IMG/VR virus record: IMGVR_UViG_3300009705_003699
DNA length: 20,000 nt
Direction: 5' to 3' (one strand)
From: an uncultured virus (IMG/VR IMGVR_UViG_3300009705_003699)
Taxonomy: Duplodnaviria > Heunggongvirae > Uroviricota > Caudoviricetes
A program made the position numbers and the translations under genes. Below the pieces are notes generated by a model, which saw nothing but the letters and a program-made list of their open reading frames with translations, searched no databases and had not been told where the DNA came from. Positions 8,858-17,120 of this stretch are shown one piece after another (the stretch's first letter is position 1; each line of letters begins with the position of its first letter).

Positions 8858-9230
8858 GTATCCTCTCAAAAAATTTTAACTCTTTGGCGTATTCGCTTCC
8901 GACGACCTCTTTATCTCGATAATCCGCGCCAACGACCATCAGATCCGGATTTATCTTTTTTATAAGATCCCGTAATTCCTGCTCAGAATTAAAAATAAAT
9001 ATCTCGTCGACCGCGGAAATGTTCTGTAGCATATATTGTCGGTCCTCTTGAGTGTTGTGTGGTCTGGATGGACCTTTTAGTTTATTAACTCTCTCATCGG
9101 AATCTATCCCAACAATAAGGTGGTCACATTCGTTTTTTATAAATTCAAAAAGACGAATATGTCCAACATGCAAAATATCATAACATCCATTTGTAAATCC
9201 AACAATCTTATTTCTCCCAGAATTCAACAT
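8811..9230 (-). CDS. hldC: D-glycero-beta-D-manno-heptose 1-phosphate adenylyltransferase (stand-alone RfaE domain II)
   Basis: FTNGCYDILHVGH, GIDSD..V..LKG..RP, GADY, GYSTT. Confidence 0.88.
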   Translation of the reverse strand: MLNSGRNKIVGFTNGCYDILHVGHIRLFEFIKNECDHLIVGIDSDERVNKLKGPSRPHNTQEDRQYMLQNISAVDEIFIFNSEQELRDLIKKINPDLMVVGADYRDKEVVGSEYAKELKFFERIHGYSTTKIIESSTAG

Positions 9231-10119
9231 ATCTTTGAATGCCCTCTTTTAATGATAACATTGGTGCTCTATATCTACCCATGTGTGTTAACCTATTAAG
9301 ATTTGCTTGGGTGTATTTCTGATACTTATCTTCTAGTTTCTTTGGCATTTTTATCTCTTCAATTTCAAAATTATAATGTTTGGCGAGATGTTTTGGTATA
9401 TCTGAGAAGGGTTTCGCTTCACCGCTTCCACAATTAAAAATTCCACTAATCTTTTCGTTTTCTCCAAAATGAGTATTGACAGAAATCACATCGTCTACAT
9501 AGACAAAATCGCGGAAATATTTATTACTTTTCTCAAAAATCTTGATTTTTTTATCACTATCTATTTGCTTTTTAAATTGATTGACGACTGACGACATTTT
9601 ATTTTTACGGTGTTCCCAGGGTCCGTATACATTGAAATATCGGAGGCCAACTATTTGACTCTCCGACTTATCTATAAATGTTAATGCGTAATCATCAAAT
9701 ATCTTTTTGGATTTTGCATAAATATTACGTGGGAAACACTGCATATCCTCATAAAGAGGAGTAGTCCTCCCTATACCGTAAATTGCTGCGGATGAGGCAT
9801 AAATTAAATTAATACTATTTTCCATACAACGGTGTAAGAGATCATGAGAGTAATCAAAGTTGTGCCTCATCATGTACTTCACATTGTAGTTCATTGTATC
9901 AGAGCAGGCACCTTGGTGATATATGGTTGTAAATTTGGATGCAAATAGTGGGCTTTTTAGCTTTTCCACAAAAGCAAAAGGGTCCATAACCATACAGTCT
10001 GGAGTAAATTCTTTTTCAAACTTTTCCGGGAAGTCTACCAAAATAACTTCGTGATGATCTCTTAATTTTAGGTAAAGATTCCACCCAATAAATCCAGCAG
10101 CCCCAGTAATCGCAATCAT
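9208..10119 (-). CDS. rfaD: ADP-L-glycero-D-manno-heptose 6-epimerase-like SDR
   Basis: ITGAAGFIG, HQGACSDT, YASSAAIYG, YAKSK, GLRYFNVYGP.E..K..M.S, RDFVYVDD, YQKYTQA. Confidence 0.88.
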   Translation of the reverse strand: MIAITGAAGFIGWNLYLKLRDHHEVILVDFPEKFEKEFTPDCMVMDPFAFVEKLKSPLFASKFTTIYHQGACSDTMNYNVKYMMRHNFDYSHDLLHRCMENSINLIYASSAAIYGIGRTTPLYEDMQCFPRNIYAKSKKIFDDYALTFIDKSESQIVGLRYFNVYGPWEHRKNKMSSVVNQFKKQIDSDKKIKIFEKSNKYFRDFVYVDDVISVNTHFGENEKISGIFNCGSGEAKPFSDIPKHLAKHYNFEIEEIKMPKKLEDKYQKYTQANLNRLTHMGRYRAPMLSLKEGIQRYVEFWEK

Positions 10120-10775
10120 CGATTGTCCTTCCGATCTCCCAGATGAAAGGCGCGTGAATGTACGTTAAATCCAACGTCGAATCCGGCTTCCTTGATAGCA
10201 AAACACCAATTTACATCTGGAGCTTTTCCAAATATACCAAAAGGATGTACAGCATTATACACATCTTTGTGTACTACACAATTCGCGACATATGATGTGG
10301 GAGATTGCTCGACATATCCAGTTGTAATATCGTATTCTAGTCCGCGGTGGGCTAAATTAAATCTTGGGCTAGGAAATTGCATCCAGTCTTCACCAAATTC
10401 ATGTCGTTCGTCTTCTTCGTTTGTTAACCTAAAGCCATATTGTCCTGGATCTCTATATAATAAGAACTCGGTCATGGCATCAAACCAATCATCATCCGGT
10501 AGAATATCATCATCTAAAAAAGCAACCCACTCTTCCTGTCGCGATGGGATCCCTTCTCGAAATTTTCTTGATTTATCTCTCTCCCAACCTTCATATTCTA
10601 TATAAGTTCCGCCCAGCTTGTTGACATGCTCTTCCAATTGTTGATTGGGGGGGGAAACCATAGTATATCTTCCGGAAGAGATTTCTATGCACTTCGGAAT
10701 TATTCTAGATAGAAGAGTCATATACCGGTCATCACTCTTAACCTTGGAAGTGATTTGGATAATACCCAGTTCCAT
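10116..10775 (-). CDS. GT-A fold (GT2-like) glycosyltransferase
   Basis: WVAFLDDDILP (DxD), DVNWC..IKEAGF, C-terminal FH. Confidence 0.7.
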   Translation of the reverse strand: MELGIIQITSKVKSDDRYMTLLSRIIPKCIEISSGRYTMVSPPNQQLEEHVNKLGGTYIEYEGWERDKSRKFREGIPSRQEEWVAFLDDDILPDDDWFDAMTEFLLYRDPGQYGFRLTNEEDERHEFGEDWMQFPSPRFNLAHRGLEYDITTGYVEQSPTSYVANCVVHKDVYNAVHPFGIFGKAPDVNWCFAIKEAGFDVGFNVHSRAFHLGDRKDNR

Positions 10776-12047
10776 CTACATTAATCCAATATTTGCCGCC
10801 AAGTCTGCTGAGTCCTTAAGTGCTTCCATGTCTTGGTCATATATCTCTTCATCTGTTGGTGACCATACTGCATCTGCGAACTTCTTATACATATTCTCTG
10901 GTGAAAATCTTTCTGCTAAGCTCTTGGCATATTCGCATGCTTCGCCGGGCTTTTTGTTGCCCACAATGTCGTTATAGCACTCTCTCATTTTTTCTTTGGA
11001 GGAGTTTTCTCTTGGATAAGCCCACATACTCTGTTCTACAATCACTCCTGGCCAAATAACTTCTTTTTGAACTGGCTGGATGTCAAACGTGACATTATAG
11101 AAATGTTCAACGGCGTCCTCATCATAGAGGAAGTCTAGTTGTCCGGACCAACCAGTAGCTATCACTGGCATACCACTATAAGCTGCTTCGAAGAATGGTA
11201 AACCAAAGCCTTCTCCATGTGGAAGACCGAGATATGCCTTCAATTGAGGATGTACATATAATGCATGCATTTCATCATCAGTCATATCTCCGTGTAGTAA
11301 ATATACTTTACACTTGCGATCTGGAAATTCTGTCAATAGTTGGCGCAGATTTAGCTCGCTTTGCATCTTATCCATTAGACAATTTTTAGCCATATTAGTT
11401 TTAACGACTAGTCCGACTTCTTCGTCTATAAATTCTTCTACAAACCATTTTATTGTATTCTGGATATTCTTTCTGGGTCCCCATTGTGCTACTGTTAAAA
11501 AGTTGAAGTCGTAGTCCAAATCAATCCCAAGGTCTGGGGTATCTTTAAAACTTTTAACTGGATAATTAACCGCTTCCACTTCTGTAGTCATAGTGAGGTG
11601 CATTGGTTCGCCAGTCTCTTGGTTTGCTCCATCGTATTCGGTATTCTCATAAATTTTCTTAGAATGATTAGAGACAACAATGATCTTATCCATAATTTTG
11701 GCGGCTTCTAACCATTCGGGCGCTACATGAGTTGTTTCAATTCCGGCAGTATACCCGACATTTACTGACGCTATCTTTTCCCATTCGTTGGGGATAGTAA
11801 CTTGCAGTGACATGTCAAAGCTTCCGCCTTCTTGAACATACCCAATGGTCTTTTCGATAAGATTGTCAATTAGTGAGCGCTCGGCACTAATGTCATTTAG
11901 CCACGAAGTGTGTCCCCATTGAAGAGGCTGTATATATACTTCATACAGATCTGGTCTACTAAGCAAAGAGCGGAAAGCAAATCTAGTTTGTTCTCCGTAT
12001 CCGCTTCTTGTTAAGATTGGTCCTTTTAATAAAATTTTCTTTTTCAT
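10776..12047 (-). CDS. GT4 (GT-B) glycosyltransferase
   Basis: N-terminal SGYG, RKNI, HGEGFGLPFFEA (ExxxxxxxE), PVIATGWSGQLDF. Confidence 0.9.
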   Translation of the reverse strand: MKKKILLKGPILTRSGYGEQTRFAFRSLLSRPDLYEVYIQPLQWGHTSWLNDISAERSLIDNLIEKTIGYVQEGGSFDMSLQVTIPNEWEKIASVNVGYTAGIETTHVAPEWLEAAKIMDKIIVVSNHSKKIYENTEYDGANQETGEPMHLTMTTEVEAVNYPVKSFKDTPDLGIDLDYDFNFLTVAQWGPRKNIQNTIKWFVEEFIDEEVGLVVKTNMAKNCLMDKMQSELNLRQLLTEFPDRKCKVYLLHGDMTDDEMHALYVHPQLKAYLGLPHGEGFGLPFFEAAYSGMPVIATGWSGQLDFLYDEDAVEHFYNVTFDIQPVQKEVIWPGVIVEQSMWAYPRENSSKEKMRECYNDIVGNKKPGEACEYAKSLAERFSPENMYKKFADAVWSPTDEEIYDQDMEALKDSADLAANIGLM

Positions 12048-13327
12048 GCTATTTCCTTAAGACTCCATGTTGAGTATTGTTTTCTTGTTTCCCATGATCC
12101 TTTTTCTTTCACTACCTTATCTATTAAATCAATCCATTGTTTTTCAAATGTATCGAAATTATAATTTTCTCTAACGTGTTTTATTCCTTCTTCACTCATC
12201 TTTTTATAAGCTTTGGGACTGGCTTTGAGGGCTTTATTCAATGTACTTTCAAAGTCCTTTTGGGATATTCTATCCTCGTAAATGTAAGGGACCTCAAGCG
12301 AACCAATGACTGACTTGCTATGGGGTTTTATACCCCAGCCGAACCAATCTTTTCCATTTGTAACTTGTTCCTGGAGACCGCCGGTCATATTAACAATAAT
12401 CGGAGTACCACAAGATAGTGATTCTAGAGTGGCTAATCCGAACCCTTCCGCATCTGAGATATTTATAGTGTAATCTGCTGCATTATACATCAGAGATAAA
12501 TCATGTTGGGATATTTTTTCTGTCGACAATAAGACCTGACCATCTTGCAGATGTAGATGGTTTATGAGGTGCGGTAGATCTTGACCGTGAGGGTCTTGTG
12601 CGTCTGTGTGCATTAAAAGCACCGCCTTGTCGTGGCCAACCTTATCTAGCCATTCCTTGAACCACCATATCATTGTTCCGCTCTGTTTACGGCGCGCGTT
12701 TCTATTGTTCCAAAAGAAGATCTTCTTATTTGGGTTATTTCCCGCAGGTGAGGATAAAATAATATTTTTACGCATATCTGCGGCTGACTCTTTTAAGCCG
12801 CTATCTTTAAACTTATTAAATATGGTCTCATTAACCGCATGGGGAATTCTTCCATGATGTGTCTCTGGCGAACAAGCCAAAATGATTTCTTCAGTAACCT
12901 TTGAGATAGGCACCACAACATCTGTGGAATCATAGTACGGCTTATTAAAATAAGGAACTGGGAAGTTATCCCATACGTGGTAGTACACCATCGGCACCAG
13001 AGAGCGAACTTCGTTTTCAATCTCCCAAAGCCACTCATAAAACCGAGGATCGGTCATAAACCATAGCACATCTGGCTTCTCTTTTCTTAGTGCCGAGCGT
13101 ATAATTTCATGGTTTCCATACCCATCGATGGGAACGATAATCCAATCATCTCCCCAGGGCTCTACTTTTACTGGGTTATAGTCATTATGTTGGACGGCGC
13201 CGCCTAAGCATACAAACTTATATCTTCCCGTTTTAAGAAGTGCTTCAATAAAATATTTTGTCTGGGTACCCACTCCAGACGGTGATAAAGGGTGATCTGA
13301 TAATACAAGTATCTTTTTCTTTTCCAT
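12044..13327 (-). CDS. GT4 (GT-B) glycosyltransferase
   Basis: PSGVG, NRNARRK, YNAAD, AEGFGLATLES, GTPII..TGGLQEQ. Start placed at the ATG at 13327, after GAGGA. Confidence 0.9.
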   Translation of the reverse strand: MEKKKILVLSDHPLSPSGVGTQTKYFIEALLKTGRYKFVCLGGAVQHNDYNPVKVEPWGDDWIIVPIDGYGNHEIIRSALRKEKPDVLWFMTDPRFYEWLWEIENEVRSLVPMVYYHVWDNFPVPYFNKPYYDSTDVVVPISKVTEEIILACSPETHHGRIPHAVNETIFNKFKDSGLKESAADMRKNIILSSPAGNNPNKKIFFWNNRNARRKQSGTMIWWFKEWLDKVGHDKAVLLMHTDAQDPHGQDLPHLINHLHLQDGQVLLSTEKISQHDLSLMYNAADYTINISDAEGFGLATLESLSCGTPIIVNMTGGLQEQVTNGKDWFGWGIKPHSKSVIGSLEVPYIYEDRISQKDFESTLNKALKASPKAYKKMSEEGIKHVRENYNFDTFEKQWIDLIDKVVKEKGSWETRKQYSTWSLKEIA

Positions 13328-13335
13328 TATATTCC

Positions 13336-14106
13336 TCAAGGACAGTGTTCTGTCTTATAAAATTTGCAGCCATATCCGCCGGTGCATGATAGGCGGTTCT
13401 TAATATACCGCTTATTTTTAATATTGTATAATGCTTTGTTCAATAGTTTAAGGGCATTTTCAGTTTTTTTCGGTCCGCTGGTAACCCTAAAAAATTCAAC
13501 ATGATTTTGTTTGGCTGTGCGCTTAAGTAGTGCAAAGTGAGTTTCTACATCTTTTGGATCGACGTTCATTTTTTGACAGAAATACTTTTTATATAAAGTA
13601 AGTTGGTATGTAACCATCGGTTCACTTCTCTTTTTTGCATTCCAGCCCCAGGAACACGTCTTCCAATCAAATATGTGAATTTTCCCATCGGGTGTGGCAA
13701 CTATCGCATCGATGTAGCCTTTGAATTTATAGTTTTCTTCGCCTATGATATCTTCCATAAGAGGCATCTCGACCGCGACCACTTCGAATTCTTCAAAATA
13801 CTCATTTAGGGCATCTTCAATCTCAGGAATGATTAGTTTGCCTTGTCCCATCATATCCATGACAAGTTTTTTATTTATCTCATGGTCGTCATCAAGATCA
13901 GAAATATTCTTCTTTAACTCTTGAACAAAAAACTCATCAGAGATATCCTCTTGAAGAAGTTTCTTTTCACACACGGAGTGGATAGCAGAACCAAAAGCGG
14001 TATATTCGTTACCCTTGAATCCATCGATCTTATCGACCCGGGTGAGCTTATGATAAAAAGCGCAGTGGACCCAATCTTTTAGCTCCGAAAACGAAATGTG
14101 TGGCAT
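13336..14106 (-). CDS. PD-(D/E)XK nuclease, Cas4/RecB-like, with probable Fe-S cysteines
   Basis: FGSAIH, GYID, IFDWKT, QLTLY; one N-terminal and three C-terminal Cys. Start moved to 14106 because AAGGAGG lies just upstream, whereas the 14124 ATG abuts the -10 box. Confidence 0.88.
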   Translation of the reverse strand: MPHISFSELKDWVHCAFYHKLTRVDKIDGFKGNEYTAFGSAIHSVCEKKLLQEDISDEFFVQELKKNISDLDDDHEINKKLVMDMMGQGKLIIPEIEDALNEYFEEFEVVAVEMPLMEDIIGEENYKFKGYIDAIVATPDGKIHIFDWKTCSWGWNAKKRSEPMVTYQLTLYKKYFCQKMNVDPKDVETHFALLKRTAKQNHVEFFRVTSGPKKTENALKLLNKALYNIKNKRYIKNRLSCTGGYGCKFYKTEHCP

Positions 14107-14124
14107 AAATGCCTCCTTTGACAT

Positions 14125-14153
14125 ATTATAACCACATTGAGTGGTAAAGTCAA
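14125..14153 (-). promoter_or_regulatory. Sigma70-type promoter for the nuclease-glycan operon
   Basis: TTGACT (14153-14148), 17-nt spacer, TATAAT (14130-14125), followed by AAGGAGG RBS. Confidence 0.8.
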
Positions 14154-14851
14154 GCTTCTATTTCTAATTTTTTAGGATCTTGTAAGAAATATATTTTTTT
14201 ATACAGCGCTGGAGAAAGCTTTTTAAGAAATTGATGGTTAGGATCTAAATAAAACTCCGTAAACCCTGTAGCAAAATACTCTCTTAGGCTCGTTGCAGCA
14301 TAGGCGCTAACGAATAAGCCAGACATGATTGATGATAATTTGTCGTATCCAACTTTCTTATATAAAAAATCATCAAATTCCTGGTCGAATTCAGGATTCA
14401 TGAAAAATGACTCAGGAGCTTTTATACCACGAGCCCATAATAAATCATGTAAGTGTTTTCTCTTTCTTAGAAACTCATCCTTAATCTTCTGGTCCGCATA
14501 AATATAATATCCATGCGCAACTTCGATTGCGTGTGATAGTTCGTGTACAATATCATCGAACATATCTTCATTATTATCTTGAACGTTAGATATATAGATC
14601 GTACCAGAATCATAAAAAGCATTAATACTTCTTTCTTCAAATTCCTTAAACCATCCCACGATGATCATTTCGATCTCGGAAACTAAATGGGCTGGTATTT
14701 TTGATTCAACTCTATCAACAACTTCTTCTACATCCACCTTCTGGTTATCTATATGATCTTTAAAGAACACATGTATTCCAGCCGATGTATAGAAATCTAC
14801 ACTATTCTTCAATTTTTTCTGGTGTATCGCCTGTAGTTGTTTTATATGCAT
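14150..14851 (-). CDS. HExxH zincin-like metallopeptidase domain protein
   Basis: NAFY, IVHELSH and downstream YAATSLREYFA (third-ligand Glu), a pattern like lethal-factor/MtfA-type gluzincins. Start is uncertain. Confidence 0.65.
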   Translation of the reverse strand: MHIKQLQAIHQKKLKNSVDFYTSAGIHVFFKDHIDNQKVDVEEVVDRVESKIPAHLVSEIEMIIVGWFKEFEERSINAFYDSGTIYISNVQDNNEDMFDDIVHELSHAIEVAHGYYIYADQKIKDEFLRKRKHLHDLLWARGIKAPESFFMNPEFDQEFDDFLYKKVGYDKLSSIMSGLFVSAYAATSLREYFATGFTEFYLDPNHQFLKKLSPALYKKIYFLQDPKKLEIEA

Positions 14852-15104
14852 CGTCTAATCCTTGTTGGTATCCTCTTAAATAGTTTTCCTCGGCGTACGA
14901 CCAAGCAAATTCGGGAAATTCTGAGGCAATTGCTTCCGCAATCATGTGTACGGTAACGTCTTCTTTATCAAGCTTTGTTCCGACATATTCAACCAGCATG
15001 TGTTTTAGATCAGAGTCTGGTTGTACTACAACACCCAACATTGGATTTTGATGAAACTCTTCCTCTGAAATTGTTCTCTCTGTAGATGATTCTTGAATAG
15101 ACAT
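14802..15104 (-). CDS. Hypothetical acidic protein
   Basis: 100-aa ORF with AAGGAG RBS and a promoter directly upstream. Confidence 0.75.
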   Translation of the reverse strand: MSIQESSTERTISEEEFHQNPMLGVVVQPDSDLKHMLVEYVGTKLDKEDVTVHMIAEAIASEFPEFAWSYAEENYLRGYQQGLDDAYKTTTGDTPEKIEE

Positions 15105-15125
15105 ATTCTCTCCTTTATTAAAATT

Positions 15126-15154
15126 AATATATCACTTATTTTTTGTCATGTCAA
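15126..15154 (-). promoter_or_regulatory. Sigma70-type promoter with extended -10
   Basis: TTGACA (15154-15149), 17-nt spacer, TGaTATATT (-10 at 15131-15126). Confidence 0.78.
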
Positions 15155-15170
15155 ATAAACATTTGTTTAT
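15155..15170. repeat. Perfect 7-bp inverted repeat ATAAACA-TT-TGTTTAT next to the -35 box
   Basis: Read directly from the sequence. Confidence 0.6.
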
Positions 15171-16507
15171 TATAATACTTTTGAGGCAAGTGTAGCCAAT
15201 TCGGAGCGCTCGCCCTTCTTGAAAGAAACGTGGCCGGCTATTGGGTACTCTTTAAATTTCTCGATAGCGTGGGCTAGTCCATTTGACGTCTCATTTACAT
15301 ACACATTATCGATTTGCTCGATATCCCCTGTTAGGATTATCTTCGAACCTTCCCCAATACGGGTTATAATCGTCTTTACTTCGTGTTTGGTGAGGTTTTG
15401 AGCCTCGTCTATGACAATGTACGCGTTAGCGATTGAGCGCCCTCTGATGTACGTTAGCGCCTCGACTTCAATCTTTCCTTTATCCATATACATTTCAAGA
15501 GAAGTTCTATCACCCATCAAGAATTTAAGGTTATCTTGAATTGGCATTAACCATGGCAACATTTTTTCTTCCATTGTACCCGGCAAGAAGCCGATATCTT
15601 TGCCTAGAGGTTGTATGGGTCGAGAGACGATTAACCGATCGTAGTGGTTTTCGTCCGAACGTAATCCTATGGTTTGTTGCAACCCTGCAGCTATAGCCAT
15701 AAGAGTTTTTCCGCTGCCGGCCCGGCCAACAAGAGTTACAATCTTAATATTAGGATTCATCAGCATATCAATAGCAAATGCCTGTTCTTTATTTCTGGCT
15801 TCAATGTTCCAATCGGAAATCTTCTTATGGATTACGTTTTTGAGTGGGGTGTGATAATTCTCAAATTTAGCCAAAGCCGATTTCTTTTCATTAGAATTTG
15901 ATACCATCATTATATATTGATTAGGATACCACAATTCATCAGTTTCATCTTCAGTGATAATTGTGGCTTCGCCATCATAATATCGATCAATAACTTGTTC
16001 ATCGACTGATTGGACAACAAACCCATTATATAATTCATCTGAGGATTTTACCGCTTTCTCAGAAGTATAATCCTCTGCCGGCATACCAATTGAATCACAG
16101 ATGACCCGCATGTTTATATCACGTGAAACTAAAATAGTTTTCTTTGCAGGATCTTCTATTTGTATAGCCTTTGCAGTGGCTATTATAGCATGGTCAGGGT
16201 GTCTAATATCTAGGTCAGGGGGGAATAGGGCGCCCTTAAGACAGCTGTAAGACATAACTCTTAATATGCCGAGCCCCTTCTCAATTCTAATCCCTTTCTC
16301 TAATGACCCCTTAGAACGTAATTCGTCTAAAATCCTAATAAAATGGCGAGCATTCGCACCAACTGAGTCTTGTCTTTTCTTATGTCCGTCAATCTCTTCT
16401 AACACCTTGAGTGGAACGAAAATATCGTTTCTTCCAAACTTAAATATTGAGCTAGCTTCTGTCAGATATACGCTGGTGTCGAGTACATAATTCTTTTTAA
16501 TGGCCAT
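15170..16507 (-). CDS. phoH: PIN-PhoH (PhoH2/YlaK-like) protein
   Basis: PIN motifs VLDTSV, EEID, LVSRDINMR; PhoH motifs GRAGSGKT, IGFLPG, RGRS, DEAQN, GD..Q. Confidence 0.95.
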   Translation of the reverse strand: MAIKKNYVLDTSVYLTEASSIFKFGRNDIFVPLKVLEEIDGHKKRQDSVGANARHFIRILDELRSKGSLEKGIRIEKGLGILRVMSYSCLKGALFPPDLDIRHPDHAIIATAKAIQIEDPAKKTILVSRDINMRVICDSIGMPAEDYTSEKAVKSSDELYNGFVVQSVDEQVIDRYYDGEATIITEDETDELWYPNQYIMMVSNSNEKKSALAKFENYHTPLKNVIHKKISDWNIEARNKEQAFAIDMLMNPNIKIVTLVGRAGSGKTLMAIAAGLQQTIGLRSDENHYDRLIVSRPIQPLGKDIGFLPGTMEEKMLPWLMPIQDNLKFLMGDRTSLEMYMDKGKIEVEALTYIRGRSIANAYIVIDEAQNLTKHEVKTIITRIGEGSKIILTGDIEQIDNVYVNETSNGLAHAIEKFKEYPIAGHVSFKKGERSELATLASKVL

Positions 16508-16549
16508 TCGTCCTCTTTGTGTGTGTAATTAGTATTGAATGTCAGACTA

Positions 16550-16798
16550 TTAGCATTTTTTAATTAATTGCCAATCAAACACAAATACTATTGGCTTCTC
16601 GCCTTTCTTATATGGTACGCCATGTTTGCGTAATTTGTTAACATCTTTTTCATATATAATTTGAGCATCCCATCCATTGGCGCCCCAACCCTTCTTTGGC
16701 TTTAAAATTCTTTTCTTTAATTGTACACAGACTTCAGGCGATGCAAATGAACTTACTAATACTATGTCATCTTTTTGGTAGGATTTCGGAAGCTTCAT
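16550..16798 (-). CDS. Hypothetical basic protein
   Basis: 82-aa ORF filling the gap upstream of phoH, on the same strand as its neighbours. Confidence 0.65.
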   Translation of the reverse strand: MKLPKSYQKDDIVLVSSFASPEVCVQLKKRILKPKKGWGANGWDAQIIYEKDVNKLRKHGVPYKKGEKPIVFVFDWQLIKKC

Positions 16799-16895
16799 AA
16801 ATTCTGTCTACTTTACCTTCTGTTGCTTTTGGTAACAACATTACTCTAAAACAAAAGAATGCTGCTAAAAACATTGCCGCGGCTAAGACACTCAT
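16767..16895 (-). CDS. Possible small membrane peptide
   Basis: 3' part of track ORF 16767-17003 lying outside tRNA-Gly; hydrophobic stretch VLAAAMFLAAFFCFRVMLL. No clear RBS; start uncertain. Confidence 0.3.
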   Translation of the reverse strand: MSVLAAAMFLAAFFCFRVMLLPKATEGKVDRIYEASEILPKR

Positions 16896-16958
16896 TTCGG
16901 CTATTAAATCTATTTTTTGATTAAACCCCACATTAATATGTATGAGCTTATCAAAAAA

Positions 16959-17033
<75 letters not shown>

Positions 17034-17037
17034 AAGA

Positions 17038-17113
17038 TGGCTGGGGCAACTGGACTCGAACCAATAACCTCCTGGGTAACAACCAGGCGTTCTGCCAATT
17101 GAACTACACCCCA
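17038..17113 (-). tRNA. tRNA-Asn (GTT), atypical
   Basis: TGGGGTGTAGTTCAATTGGCAGAACG-CCTGG TT GTT AC CCAGG-AGGTTATTGGTTCGAGTCCAGTTGCCCCAGCCA; cloverleaf with G-U pairs, G73, encoded CCA. Confidence 0.9.
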
Positions 17114-17120
17114 TTAAATC

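Noticed and set aside
10773..10778. In-frame TAG-ATG junction that would fuse GT4 and GT2 under TAG recoding
   Set aside because: Long genes are intact in code 11, TAG ends other genes (14802, 18970), no suppressor tRNA is present, and a similar TAA-ATG junction occurs at 1929/1930.
13336..14106. CRISPR-Cas system suggested by the Cas4-like nuclease
   Set aside because: No repeat-spacer array or other cas gene is seen; stand-alone Cas4-like nucleases are common in phages.
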